A stretch of DNA of 64,000 nucleotides, taken from positions 64,001 through 128,000 of the forward strand of contig CAWBYW010000030.1 of NCBI GenBank assembly GCA_963792965.1, given 5' to 3'. The position numbers were made by a program, and so were the translations under genes. This stretch comes from an uncultured delta proteobacterium (GTDB lineage: Bacteria > Desulfobacterota > Zymogenia > Zymogenales > Zymogenaceae). Below the pieces are notes generated by a model. That model saw only the letters and a list, made by a program, of their open reading frames with translations. It did no database searches and was not told the origin of the DNA. This document shows, piece after piece, positions 1 through 11,895 of this stretch (positions within the stretch are counted from its first letter, which is position 1; the number at the start of each line of letters is the position of its first letter).

Positions 1-501
1 CATAGTGCTCGTGTTTTCTTCGTCATGCCCCGCGAAAGAGGCGAAATCATGGAGACCCACAAGAACCGAGCCCGCCCGCCGCATGGCATCGACATCGAGG
101 ACCGCGTGAAGGTGCCAGACATACCGGCGCATAAAGGGGGACACTACGGGGCCGGTATAGACGAGGTATCGATAGACCCTACGGATCGCGGATCTTCGTG
201 AGTCAAACGAATCGGGGACCTCACCGACGTCAAGGATCCGAACGTCCGGCGGGAGCAGTGCATTGAGGGCCCTTTTGACCGCCGCGCATTCGATGCGGGC
301 CTCGGTCCTGAAGTTCGCCGTCTGCTCCAGCGCGTGTACTCCCGCGTCGGTTCTTCCTGACCCGGTGACCCTCACGTCATGGGCCAGGATTGTCGAGAGG
401 GCGGCCTCGATGGCCCCCTGGACCGTCCTGTCGTGCGGCTGATACTGCCACCCCGAAAAGTGAGTTCCCTCGTAGGAAAGGGTCAGCCGTATGTTCCTCA
501 T
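1..501 (-). CDS. truA: tRNA pseudouridine(38-40) synthase, 3' part outside window
   Basis: Not in the ORF track. Manual translation from ATG at 501 gives MRNIRLTLSYEGTHFSGWQYQP...GSGRTDAGVHA...GLHDFASF, the TruA signature motifs; frame open to position 1. Confidence 0.95.
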   Translation of the reverse strand, partial: MRNIRLTLSYEGTHFSGWQYQPHDRTVQGAIEAALSTILAHDVRVTGSGRTDAGVHALEQTANFRTEARIECAAVKRALNALLPPDVRILDVGEVPDSFDSRRSAIRRVYRYLVYTGPVVSPFMRRYVWHLHAVLDVDAMRRAGSVLVGLHDFASFAGHDEENTSTM

Positions 502-502
502 A

Positions 503-1300
503 TCAGATGAAGAAAAAGGGAACCATAAGCGCTATGACGATGATCGAGATGAGGTCCCACCTGGTAAACGTGATCTCACGGTAGCTCGTGCGCTCTTTCC
601 CCGTGGCGTATCCCCGCGAGATCATCGCCACCGCAAGGTCGTCGGCCCGCATGAACGAGAGATGAAACAGCGGTATCAGGATCGGCACGAGCTTCCTCGC
701 ACGTGAGATGAGCCCCCCCTTCTCGAAGTCGATACCCCGGGACTTCTGTGCGTTGATGATCCTTTGCGATTCAAGCAGGAGTATGGGCACAAACCTGATA
801 GTCAGCATCATCATCATGACGAAGTCATCGACCGGCGCCCGAAAGGCCTTCAGGGGAGACAGCACTCGCTTGAGGGCGGTGGTCAGTTCAAGCGGCGTGG
901 TGGTGAGGGTCAACAGAGATGAAAGGACGATAATCAACAGGATCCTGGTCGATACGATCAGCCCGTTGATCAACCCCTGCCAGGTGACGTTAATGAAGCC
1001 GATGGGAAAAGGAGGTATCGAGCGCCCCGGTGTAAAGAAAAGGTGTGCCGCCGCGGCGAAGAGGAAGAGCCATACGAAAGGGAGGACACCCTTCAGGACG
1101 AAGTAAGCGGGGACACGAGACATCCTGATGACCAGCAGAATGAAAAGTCCCATGAGGACAAACGGGAGCGCCGTGGAAATGAAAAAGACCGAAATCATCA
1201 ACAGCATCAACGAAACAAATTTCGTGCGCGGATCCAGCCGATGGATAAAGGAATCGATCGGCATATACTGTCCGAGGGTTATGTCCTGGAGAAATTTCAT
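503..1300 (-). CDS. ecfT: Energy-coupling factor transporter transmembrane component T
   Basis: N-terminus DITLGQYMPIDSFIHRLDPRTK, hydrophobic helices, TTTP motif, conserved AQKSRG and AMISRG motifs. Confidence 0.9.
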   Translation of the reverse strand: MKFLQDITLGQYMPIDSFIHRLDPRTKFVSLMLLMISVFFISTALPFVLMGLFILLVIRMSRVPAYFVLKGVLPFVWLFLFAAAAHLFFTPGRSIPPFPIGFINVTWQGLINGLIVSTRILLIIVLSSLLTLTTTPLELTTALKRVLSPLKAFRAPVDDFVMMMMLTIRFVPILLLESQRIINAQKSRGIDFEKGGLISRARKLVPILIPLFHLSFMRADDLAVAMISRGYATGKERTSYREITFTRWDLISIIVIALMVPFFFI

Positions 1301-1309
1301 ACGTCCGGA

Positions 1310-3589
1310 TCACTTCTTTGCGGCACTGATCGATGTGAGAACCCAGGTTGTGGAATTCTTGTTCCATGCATAGACGAAAATGGATTTTTCGGTCTCGAGT
1401 CTCATGAAGACGACGTTATATCTTTTTGCCTGTTCTTGCCCGTCTCCCGACAGAGTCAGGTCGACGCGGGAGACGGTCTTGTAGATATGATAGCGCATAA
1501 ACGACGAGATATCGTCGACATCGGCGACTTTTCTTTCCTCGATATAGTGTGAAAGCAGCAGGAACATGATTAGGTTGTCACCCGTCAGGGTGGGCCGATT
1601 CTTCCGCTCACCCTCGAGGACCCTGAAGTTTTCCTTTTCTGCCTTGATTTCCTTTTCGGCGATCTTGTTTTCCGTGACGAGCCGTATTCTCTCCTGTTCA
1701 AGCTCCTTGATATTCTCATCGACCGTGTCGAGCCAGACGGCATCATTGAGCATGTTTTGGTATTGCTGCCGAATATTCCTCAGCTTTGTGTCATAGGTTG
1801 ACTTTCTCTTATCGTACTGTGGCTTGAGCTTGGAGTACTCCTTCGACAGGTCCTCAAGCTCCATCTTGTTGGCCATATACCCGGGGTCATTGCCCCCGGT
1901 CCCGTAGATCGTCTCGTATTCGGTTATTCGCTTCTTGGCGTCCGCCATGTCCTGCTCAAGCTGTGTGACTTTGTCCTCAAGGTTCTTGAAGTCGTCCTTG
2001 AAAGCTTTCACTTCCTTCTGATACTCCTGCTCGATCGAGGCGGGGTCAAGCCGGTTTTTTTGCTGCAGATCGATATATTTCTTCTTATCCGCGTTGAGCG
2101 TTACCATGGTTTCGTCGATTTCGGAGATCCGCTCCTGGTTCGTCTTGAACGTTATCTCCTGGTCACCGAGCGAATTCTTTGCCTCTTCATAGGCAATCTC
2201 TTCGGAAAAGCTGCTCTTGAACGTTTCGAGCATCTTCTTGAGATTCCCCGAGCTCACCTCGGACTCTTTTGACGAGTCGACAAAATCCCAAGCCGAGAGG
2301 GAAAAACCCGGAGCAAAGGGAGAGGCGATTTTCGAATTCAGTCCGTCTTTCTTAATACCGTAAAAGACCCTGTTGACGCCGCTGTCCATATCCTCGACCG
2401 AGGGACGCGTCTGTGGGAGCGCGAGCCATGAGACCAGGAGGATAATGATGACTGCAACGATTGGAACGGCGATTTTGATCAGCTTTGCGAAGATTTCGAA
2501 GGGAGAGACCTTGTAGAAATATCTCCCCATGGGAAGCCGTGCAACGAACTTTCCGGTGGAAACGGCGACTTCCTTTCGGCTGTCGTTCATCACCACTTTC
2601 GCCGGGGCGGGCCCACCTTTCAGCCCCGCGGAGAAATCCGGTCCGACCGGCGCGCCGCCCCGATCCCCCCACGCCCCTGCCCGGGGAGGCATCCCCGCAC
2701 CGCCGGAGGAAGCCGCCCGTCCTCCTATCTCCAGCTCGTCCCCGAGGCTGGTGATAAAGGACTCCCGATCGGCGGTCTCTCCTCCCTTCGTGTCGACGGA
2801 AAAAACGTCCGCCACCGTTCCCTCGATGGCTTCCACCGCCGAAGAGAATTCCCCTTCCTTGGCCGAGCCCGCGTCTTCGGCGCCGATTCGGGACTCATCG
2901 ATAGTGATCGTGAGATCCTCGGCGAGCGCAGTGACTTTTTCTTCAGGGTGTGATCCGTCGGCGATGTTGCGCTTGAGCAGGTGATCCTCGAGTACCTCTT
3001 CTTCTCCCTCTTGTACCCCGATCACGACCTCCATATCGTCATCGGAATATCGCTCCCGCTCAAGGAAGGTGCCTTTCTTGTCTTCCCGATCATCGAGCTC
3101 AACGGTAACTTCAACATCATCGGCGGAATCCTGTGCGCGGTCGCCGCCCATGATGTCATCGACCTCGAATTCGACCTCTTCCCCGGATCCCACCCCGCTG
3201 GATTCGCGAGTGACATCCTCCTCCGACTCGTCGATCTCGCCCTGGAGGTAATAGAGGACCTTCTCGGTGGTGTTCCTGTTTCCGATGATGGCGGTCCCGA
3301 TTCCGGGAGAGTCGTGGAAGTGCTTTGCGAGAAAGAGCAACACATCCGACTGGGTCGAGTCGTCGGAGGCGATTTCCATGAGGGACGGCTCATCGAGGTG
3401 TAGGATCGATTTCTTCGCCTCGACCCGGACCATCAGATCGGGATCGACGACGAGCCGTGCGAGTGTTCTTGGGGGGGTCGACGTGTCCTCGAAGGTCAGC
3501 CCCTTGGCAAGCTTGAGGCGCTCCTCTTTCGAGAACGTCCCCTTCTCGAGCGACGCAAGGTATTTCGTATCCCGATCGTTTTGAGCCAT
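1310..3589 (-). CDS. Hypothetical membrane protein: N-terminal HEAT/LRV-like helical repeats, long acidic linker, one TM helix, large C-terminal coiled-coil domain
   Basis: 759-aa ORF with ATG just after the asd stop; D/E-rich aa ~115-290; TM IAVPIVAVIIILLVSWLAL; K/E/Q-rich heptad region aa ~460-660. Confidence 0.8.
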   Translation of the reverse strand: MAQNDRDTKYLASLEKGTFSKEERLKLAKGLTFEDTSTPPRTLARLVVDPDLMVRVEAKKSILHLDEPSLMEIASDDSTQSDVLLFLAKHFHDSPGIGTAIIGNRNTTEKVLYYLQGEIDESEEDVTRESSGVGSGEEVEFEVDDIMGGDRAQDSADDVEVTVELDDREDKKGTFLERERYSDDDMEVVIGVQEGEEEVLEDHLLKRNIADGSHPEEKVTALAEDLTITIDESRIGAEDAGSAKEGEFSSAVEAIEGTVADVFSVDTKGGETADRESFITSLGDELEIGGRAASSGGAGMPPRAGAWGDRGGAPVGPDFSAGLKGGPAPAKVVMNDSRKEVAVSTGKFVARLPMGRYFYKVSPFEIFAKLIKIAVPIVAVIIILLVSWLALPQTRPSVEDMDSGVNRVFYGIKKDGLNSKIASPFAPGFSLSAWDFVDSSKESEVSSGNLKKMLETFKSSFSEEIAYEEAKNSLGDQEITFKTNQERISEIDETMVTLNADKKKYIDLQQKNRLDPASIEQEYQKEVKAFKDDFKNLEDKVTQLEQDMADAKKRITEYETIYGTGGNDPGYMANKMELEDLSKEYSKLKPQYDKRKSTYDTKLRNIRQQYQNMLNDAVWLDTVDENIKELEQERIRLVTENKIAEKEIKAEKENFRVLEGERKNRPTLTGDNLIMFLLLSHYIEERKVADVDDISSFMRYHIYKTVSRVDLTLSGDGQEQAKRYNVVFMRLETEKSIFVYAWNKNSTTWVLTSISAAKK

Positions 3590-3595
3590 TACCCC

Positions 3596-4622
3596 TTACA
3601 TGTAATGGGTTATATAATACTCGGCGATCTGCACGGCGTTAAGCGCGGCCCCCTTGCGTATGTTGTCGGAAACGATCCACATATTGAGTCCGGATTCGAT
3701 CGTGAAATCCTCGCGTGATCCTCCCGACGAAGGTCTCGTCCTTCCCCGCCGCGTCGATGGCCAGGGGATAGACGTTGTGTGCCGGATCGTCGGCCACCAC
3801 GACGCCCGGCGCCTTCCTCAGGATCGCACGGGCCTCGTCGGGGGTCAGTTTTCTCTCCGTCTGGATATTCACCGACTCGCTGTGACTGTAGAAGACGGGG
3901 ACACGAACGGTGGTCGCGGTCACGGCAATGGTGTCGTCCCCGATGATCTTCTTGGTCTCGTTGACCATCTTTATCTCTTCCTTGGTGTATCCGTTATCAA
4001 GAAAGGAGTCGATATGGGGCAGACAGTTGAAGGCGATGGGATGGGGATAGACCTTCATCTCAAGAGGCTTGCCCGCCAGTGCCGCGCGCGACTGCCCATC
4101 GAGCTCGTCGATCGCCTTCTGGCCGGTTCCCGAGACCGACTGGTACGTTGAGACCACCACCCGAATGATCCGCGCCGCGTCGTGCAGCGGCTTGAGGACC
4201 AGCACCATCTGTATCGTGGAGCAATTCGGGTTGGCGATGATGCGGCGCTTCTTGTAGTCCGCGATGTCGTGGGGATTGACCTCCGGGACGACCAGCGGGA
4301 TATCCGGCTCCATCCGAAAGGCGCTCGAGTTGTCGATCACGACGGCTCCTGCCGCCGCGGCGGCCGGCGCAAACTCGAGGCTCCGGGAGGCCCCCGCCGA
4401 GAAAAGGGCGACGTCCACGCCGGAAAACGATTCCTTCGTCATCGTGCGGACCGTGACCTCTTTGCCGCGAAACGGGAGCTTCTTGCCGTCGGACCTTTCC
4501 GAAGCCAACAAGCGAATCTCGCGCACGGGGAAATTCCTGCGCTCCAGTGTCTTGATCATCTCATTACCGACGGCGCCGGTGGCTCCGGCTACCGCCACAC
4601 AATATTCCTTTTTCGCTGCCAT
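3596..4622 (-). CDS. asd: Aspartate-semialdehyde dehydrogenase (one frameshift near 3716, probably sequencing error)
   Basis: [29 protein letters not shown]; after a +1 base the other frame gives [32 protein letters not shown], stop at 3596. Confidence 0.95.
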
Positions 4623-4630
4623 AGTCGTGT

Positions 4631-5725
4631 CTACTTCCCCTTTCTGCTCATCAGGATTTCTACGATATGATTTCCCATCTCACGGGTCGATACCTCCTTA
4701 CCCACTCCCCGGTAGATGTCTTTGGTTCTGAGTCCGCCTGCGATCGCCCCCCGTACCGAATCTCCCACCGCTGAGGCCGCCGCCGCCTCGCCGCACGAGA
4801 GCTCCAGCATCATCGCCGCCGAGAGGATACAGGCGACGGGGTTGGCGCACCCCGTGCCCGCGATATCCGGGGCACTCCCGTGCACCGGCTCGTAGAGTCC
4901 CGGCGAACCTTTATCCCCGAGGCTCGCCGAGGGAAGCATCCCGATAGAGCCGGTCAGCATCGCCGCTTCGTCGCTCACTATATCACCAAAAAGGTTCGTT
5001 GTCAAAATAGTATCGAATACCTGTGGATTTCGGATGAGCTGCATGGCGCAGTTGTCGACGTACATATGATTCAGAGTCACGTCGGGATACTCTCTTGCCA
5101 CATCCGTGACCACCTCCCGCCAGAGCACCATAGATTCCAGCACGTTGGCTTTATCGACGGAAGTGACCTTTCTCCTGCGTTTTTGGGCGAGCGAAAAAGC
5201 TACGTGGGCGATGCGGCGTATCTCCGTTTCGGTGTAGACCAGGGTATTGATGCCGACGCGCTGGCCGTCTCTGGTCACGATCCCCCGGGGCTCGCCGAAA
5301 TAGACGTCCCCGGTGAGCTCCCGCACTACAATCAGGTCGATCCCCCGGATCACCTCCTCCTTGATGGAGGACTCACCGGCGAGCTCGTCAAACAGGAGCG
5401 CGGGCCGGAGGTTCGCAAACAGGCCGAGCCCCTTTCTGATGCCGAGGAGCCCCGCCTCGGGTCGCCGCGCGGTGGGAAGCCCATCCCACTTCGGCCCCCC
5501 CACGGCGCCGAGGATGACTGCCGAAGAGTCCCGTGCCTCCTTGAGCGTCGGACCCGGGAGCGGCGTGTCATATCGATCGATGGCCGTTCCCCCCACGGGA
5601 CATTCAGTGAAATCGAAGGCGAGATCAAAGAGGGATCCCACTGCCTCGAGGACTTTCCGTGCCTCGGCGACCACCTCCGGGCCGATCCCATCGCCGGGAA
5701 GCAGTGCTATTCGATATCTCTTCAT
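4631..5725 (-). CDS. leuB: 3-isopropylmalate dehydrogenase
   Basis: [58 protein letters not shown]. Confidence 0.97.
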   Translation of the reverse strand: MKRYRIALLPGDGIGPEVVAEARKVLEAVGSLFDLAFDFTECPVGGTAIDRYDTPLPGPTLKEARDSSAVILGAVGGPKWDGLPTARRPEAGLLGIRKGLGLFANLRPALLFDELAGESSIKEEVIRGIDLIVVRELTGDVYFGEPRGIVTRDGQRVGINTLVYTETEIRRIAHVAFSLAQKRRRKVTSVDKANVLESMVLWREVVTDVAREYPDVTLNHMYVDNCAMQLIRNPQVFDTILTTNLFGDIVSDEAAMLTGSIGMLPSASLGDKGSPGLYEPVHGSAPDIAGTGCANPVACILSAAMMLELSCGEAAAASAVGDSVRGAIAGGLRTKDIYRGVGKEVSTREMGNHIVEILMSRKGK

Positions 5726-5729
5726 CTCC

Positions 5730-6224
5730 TCACCGCCCGGCCTTCTTCTTCAGGTGCCCGATGAGGCCGCCGTCGGCCAAGAGCTCCGCCATGAACGGAG
5801 GGATCGGGCGTGCACGATAGGTCTTGCCGCTCGTCAGGTTCTTAATGATCCCCTCCTTTGCGTCCACCTCGATCCTGTCGCCCGGCTGTATCTCGCGGGA
5901 GGCCTCGGCCGATTCGAGAATCGGGAGCCCCGTATTGAAGGCATTACGGAAGAAGATCCGGGCGAAGCTCTCGGCGATGACGATTTTCGTCCCGGCGGTC
6001 TTCATCGCAACCGGGGCGTGTTCGCGGGAGGAGCCGCATCCGAAGTTCCTGCCCGCAACCACGATGCCCCCCTCCCGGACGGACGTGCGGAAGTCCGGCG
6101 CGAAGTCCTCGAAGGCATGGCTGCCCAGCTCTTCGGGGTCCGTGGTATTCAGGTAACGGGCGGGGATGATGGCGTCGGTATCGACGTCGTCCCCGAGCTT
6201 GTACGCGGTGCCTTTATATTTCAT
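5730..6224 (-). CDS. leuD: 3-isopropylmalate dehydratase small subunit
   Basis: [40 protein letters not shown]. Confidence 0.95.
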   Translation of the reverse strand: MKYKGTAYKLGDDVDTDAIIPARYLNTTDPEELGSHAFEDFAPDFRTSVREGGIVVAGRNFGCGSSREHAPVAMKTAGTKIVIAESFARIFFRNAFNTGLPILESAEASREIQPGDRIEVDAKEGIIKNLTSGKTYRARPIPPFMAELLADGGLIGHLKKKAGR

Positions 6225-6341
6225 ATCAGACCCGGATTCCTCTCGATTATATATACGCCCGGAAGACCAACGTCTCTCTATGAGGAGACGGACTATCCTC
6301 GGACGACCCCGCCGAAGGGAACAGGGCTCAAAAGCCGCCGG

Positions 6342-7608
6342 CTACAGTCCCAGACTGCCGGGACCCGCGACTTTGCCGAGCACCGCAGACGCCGCCGCGA
6401 CGGCCGGACCGGCAAGGTAGACCTCGCTCTTGGGGTCGCCCATCCGGCCCATAAAGTTGCGGTTGGTCGTGGATACCGCGCGCTCCCCCTCGCCCAAGAT
6501 GCCCATGTGGCCGCCGAGGCACGGCCCGCACGTGGGCGGCCCGATCACCGCGCCGGCGTCGAGGAATATCGTAAAGAGCCCCTCTTCCATCGCCTGCCGG
6601 TAGACCCGAGGCGTGGCGGGGATGACGATGAGCCGCACGTCGCTGTGCGCTTTCCTGCCGGCCAGAATCTCGGCCGCGAGCCTGAGGTCCTCGATGCGCC
6701 CGTTGGTGCAGGAGCCGATGATCACCTGGTCGATCGGGATGTCTCCCACATCGCTCACCGGGACGGCGTTGGACGGCAAGTGAGGGAGGGCCACCTGCAG
6801 CTCCATCGCGCCCACGTCGTACGTGCGCACCTCCACGTACTCCGCGTCGGGATCGCTCATGACCGGGCGGTAGTCTCGTTTCGTCTTCGACGTGAGGTAT
6901 TCCCTGGTCCTCTCGTCGGCGGCGAATATCCCGTTTTTCGCCCCCGCTTCGATGGCCATGTTGGCCATCGTCAGCCTCCCCTCGACGGAGAGGGCACTCG
7001 CGGCGGGGCCGACAAACTCCATCGCGCGGTAGAGTGCCCCGTCCACCCCGATGTCGCCGATGATCGCCAGGATATAGTCCTTGCCCGTCACCCACTTTCG
7101 GGGCGTTCCCTTGAGAACGAATTTCATCGACTCGGGGATCCTGAGCCACGCCTCGCCGGTCATCATCACGGCGGCAAGATCGGTGCTCCCCACCCCGGTG
7201 GCAAAGGCCGAAAGCGCGCCGTAGGTGCAGGTGTGGCTGTCGGCCCCGATAATGAGGTCCCCCGGGGCCACCAGGCCCAGCTCCGGCAGCAGCGCGTGCT
7301 CCACCCCCGAGCACCCCCCGTCGTATACGTGCACAACGCCGAAGGTCTTCCCGAACTCGCGGATGCGCTTGCACTGGTTGGCGCTCTTGATATCCTTATT
7401 CGGGGTAAAGTGGTCGCAGATCAGAACCACCTTCTCGGTATCGAAGACGTGATCCCCCCCCGCTTCCTCGAAGACGTCTATGGCCAGCGGCGCCGTAATG
7501 TCGTTGCCCAGGCACAGGTCAACCTTAGCCGTCACAAGGTCGCCGGGCGACCACCGTCTTCTTTCCGGCATGCGAAGCGAGGATCTTTTCACTTATCGTC
7601 ATCGGCAT
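6342..7608 (-). CDS. leuC: 3-isopropylmalate dehydratase large subunit (frameshift near 7550)
   Basis: True start MPMTISEKILASHAG at 7608 is in another frame; body has GADSHTCTYGA, IGSCTNGRIEDLR, CGPCLGGHMG, STTNRNFMGRMG. Confidence 0.95.
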
Positions 7609-7702
7609 GGCTATACCATTCAGTTATCGAGAGCGGACCGCCCAGACTCACGCCTCAGGGCCGCGCCATCCGAGTGCTCCGCTCATTGTGCGCGTGGAGT
7701 CG

Positions 7703-9243
7703 TTACACCGTCTGGGATGCCCGGAGGTCCTTCTTCTTGACCGCCTCCAGTTTGTTGAGGGCATTGATGAAGGCCATCGCCGAAGCGACCAGGATATCGG
7801 TGTGGGAGCCTGCCCCCGCCGAGCGGTCGGGGCCGTCCTGAAGACGGACCGTCACCTCGCCGAGGGCGTCGGTCCCGCCGGTGATCGCCTTGACCTCGTA
7901 GCTGGCCAGCTTGCATCGGGTCTTGATCATCTTGGATATCGTCCGGTACACCGCGTCGACCGGGCCGTCGCCGAAAGCGGCGTCTTTGACCCTGTTGCCG
8001 TCGATAGAGAGGATAACGGTGGCCGTCGGCACCGCCTCGGTCCCCGAGCTGACGGAAAGCGATATCAGACGGTAGCGGTCGGGGATCCTCAGGATCTCCT
8101 CGGCGATGATGGCGGCGATATCCTCGTCGTAGACCTCTTTCTTCTTGTCGGCCAGCTTTTTGAACGCCTTGAAGGCGAGCTCGATCTGGGTATCCGTCAG
8201 GTCATAACCGATTTTCTTGACCCGCTCGACTAAGCGCGTGTCGTCCCGAGTGCTTGCCGAGCACGAGGCTCGTCTGGGCATAGCCGATGCTCTCCGGCGT
8301 GATGATCTCGTAGGTGGTCCTCTTCTTCAACAGACCGTCCTGATGAATGCCGGACTCATGGGAGAAGGCGTTGGCGCCGACGATCGCCTTGTTGGGCTGC
8401 ACCACGATGCCCGTGATCGCCGAGACCATGCGGCTCGTGGGGTAGATCAACTCCGTCTTGATGCCGGTGACAAGCCCGATGCGGTCTTTTCTGACCGAAA
8501 GCGCCATGACCAGCTCTTCCAGCGAAGTGTTTCCCGCCCGCTCGCCGATCCCGTTGATGGTGCACTCCACCTGGCCCGCCCCGGCGCGCACCGCGGAAAG
8601 GGAGTTGGCCACCGCAAGGCCGAGGTCGTTATGGCAGTGGACGGAGACGACCACGTCCCCGATCCCGGGCACATGGCCGGCGAGATACTCGATGAGCTGG
8701 GCATACTCGTCGGGGACGGTATAGCCCGACGGTGTCGGGGATGTTGACGGTGGTCGCACCCGCGTCGATCGCCGCCGCGATGACCTCGGCAAGATAGGCA
8801 TGGTCGCTGCGCGTGGCGTCCATCGCCGAGAATTCCACGTCGCTGCACAGCGACTTTGCCCGCTTGACACAGGCCGCCGCGATCTTGAGCACCTCGGCCC
8901 TCGTTTTCTTCAGCTGGTATTCGAGATGGATATCGGAGGTGGAGATGAAGGTATGAATCCGCGGCTTTTTGGCGTCCTTAATGGCGTCGAAGGCCACGTC
9001 GATATCCTTGATCTTGGCGCGAGCCAGCGCCGCCACTGTCGCCTCTTCGAGGGTCCCGGCAATCCTCTTGACCGCGTCGAAATCGCCGGGGCTTGACACC
9101 GGGAACCCGGCCTCGATGACGTCGACGCCAAGGCGCTCAAGCTGGCGGGCCACCGTGATCTTTTCCTCAGCGTTCATGCTGGCGCCGGGAGACTGCTCGC
9201 CGTCACGGAGCGTCGTGTCGAATATGATAACCCTATCGCTCAT
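7703..9243 (-). CDS. leuA: 2-isopropylmalate synthase (frameshifts near 8726 and 8232)
   Basis: [14 protein letters not shown] (8629-9243), HCHNDLGLA and GIGERAGN (8202-8870), regulatory domain GDGPVDA and GGTDALGEV (7703-8281) join into one LeuA. Confidence 0.95.
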
Positions 9244-9381
9244 GGATCAAAACCATTTCTCGTCTTTATCGGCAACATGCGCGCACTTTCCACCCGGAGG
9301 GGAGGTCATACCGGGTCCTCCCAACCGATGCACCGACTCTTTGTCGGAGGGCCCACGCGCGCACGCCTATCAACGCCCCAT

Positions 9382-10185
9382 CTATGGGGTCTGTTCGAGA
9401 TCCTTTTCTTCGCACACATCGGCTGTCTTCGGCCTGAAGACGGCGCAATAGAGGATGGAGAGGGGACCGGACAGGACATAGAACGAAATCAGGCTGAAGA
9501 TCATCATCTCGGGCCGGGTGGCGATCAGGATCGCTATGAGGATGACAAGCACCAGCACGTGAAAGGGCTTCCTCTTGACCACATCCGGCTCTTTGAAGCT
9601 CGAGTACTTTACGTTAGAGACCATGAGGAGCCCCACACAGTATACCATCACCAAGAGGAAGGCCCGCCAGTCTTCGGGGTCGATACCCATGTCGTCAAAG
9701 TAGAGCACCGTGGCCGTGAGCATCAGCGCCGCCATGGGCGAGGGGAGACCGTTGAAGATCCTTTTTTCGACCGTGTTGATTTGCACGTTGAAACGGGCAA
9801 GCCTCAGCGCCGCGCATATCGCAAACAGGGCGGCGCCCAAGAACCCGAAGCGCTCGAAGGGAAAAAGCGCCCACTGATACATGAGGACCGCCGGGGCGAT
9901 GCCGAAGGAGACGCAGTCGGCCAGCGAATCATACTCGACACCGAACGCGCTCTCCGTATGGGTGAGCCGCGCCACCCTGCCGTCTATACCGTCGAATGCC
10001 GCGGCAATAAAGATCGCCCATACGGCATGATCGATTTTCCCAGACATCGATGCGACGATCGAGTAAAATCCCATGAAGAGGGATCCCGTCGTCAGGAGGT
10101 TGGGGAGAATATATATCCCTTTTTTGAGATCCTCTCTCTGGATTCTCGACATTACCCTCGGAGCTCTGGCTCTCTTCTCTCTCAT
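9382..10185 (-). CDS. pssA: CDP-diacylglycerol--serine O-phosphatidyltransferase (alternative start 10152)
   Basis: LPNLLT, DGIDGRVAR...FGVEYDSLADCVSFG, ALRLARFN, FNGLPSP. Confidence 0.95.
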   Translation of the reverse strand: MREKRARAPRVMSRIQREDLKKGIYILPNLLTTGSLFMGFYSIVASMSGKIDHAVWAIFIAAAFDGIDGRVARLTHTESAFGVEYDSLADCVSFGIAPAVLMYQWALFPFERFGFLGAALFAICAALRLARFNVQINTVEKRIFNGLPSPMAALMLTATVLYFDDMGIDPEDWRAFLLVMVYCVGLLMVSNVKYSSFKEPDVVKRKPFHVLVLVILIAILIATRPEMMIFSLISFYVLSGPLSILYCAVFRPKTADVCEEKDLEQTP

Positions 10186-10826
10186 GGTAAAACTCCCATA
10201 ATGGTCTGGCCCCCCTTGACCTTATCCCCCACCGTCACTCTGACGCTGACGTTCGTTGGGAGATAGAGGTCGAGGCGGGAGCCGAAACGGATCAGGCCGA
10301 ACCGATCGCCCGTCTTGACCGTGTCTCCTTCCTTGAGGTAGCTGACGATCCGCCTGGCGACCAGCCCCGCGATCTGGATCACGAGTATCTTGACGCCGCC
10401 CGTCCGCTCGATGAGGACGGCGTTACGCTCATTTTCTTCCGAGGCTTTGTCGAGGCTGGCCACGAGGAACTTGCCGGGGAAGTATCGGACTTTTTTCACC
10501 TTTCCCCCGAGGGGGATGCGGTTGATGTGCACGTTGAAGACGTTCATGAAGATGGAGATGCGAATCGCGCGGCCGCCCAGGAGCTCCTTCTCCTGAATCT
10601 CCTTGACCTCGACGACCTTTCCGTCCGCCGGCGAGACGACCACCTTAGGGTCCGCCGGAACCTTTCTCTGCGGGTTACGGAAGAAGGCGGTCACAAAAAG
10701 GAAGACGGCGGCAAAGATTGTCGTGGCCCAGATTGGAAAGACAATCGCGCTGACGATCACAAGCAGCAGCGCCGGTACGATAAACGGCAGCCCCTCGACC
10801 GCGACAATGCTCTTTTCATTCTTCAT
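10182..10826 (-). CDS. psd: Phosphatidylserine decarboxylase proenzyme
   Basis: FFRNP, SPADGKV, IFMNVFNVH, QIAGLVARRI, cleavage motif IRFGSR; adjacent to pssA. Confidence 0.95.
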   Translation of the reverse strand: MKNEKSIVAVEGLPFIVPALLLVIVSAIVFPIWATTIFAAVFLFVTAFFRNPQRKVPADPKVVVSPADGKVVEVKEIQEKELLGGRAIRISIFMNVFNVHINRIPLGGKVKKVRYFPGKFLVASLDKASEENERNAVLIERTGGVKILVIQIAGLVARRIVSYLKEGDTVKTGDRFGLIRFGSRLDLYLPTNVSVRVTVGDKVKGGQTIMGVLP

Positions 10827-10827
10827 C

Positions 10828-11850
<1,023 letters not shown>

Positions 11851-11895
11851 TCACCTCTAAAAGCGTATCTTCAAAGTTAAATCCTTATTATTTTA

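Noticed and set aside
5313-7841. 842-aa plus-strand ORF, and similar long antisense ORFs at 38287-39756, 54420-56141 and 26171-27280
   Set aside because: They lie opposite well-supported genes (leuBDC, pilT, dinG, secA), are R/G/P/H-rich and show no motifs. Such shadow ORFs are expected in GC3-rich DNA.
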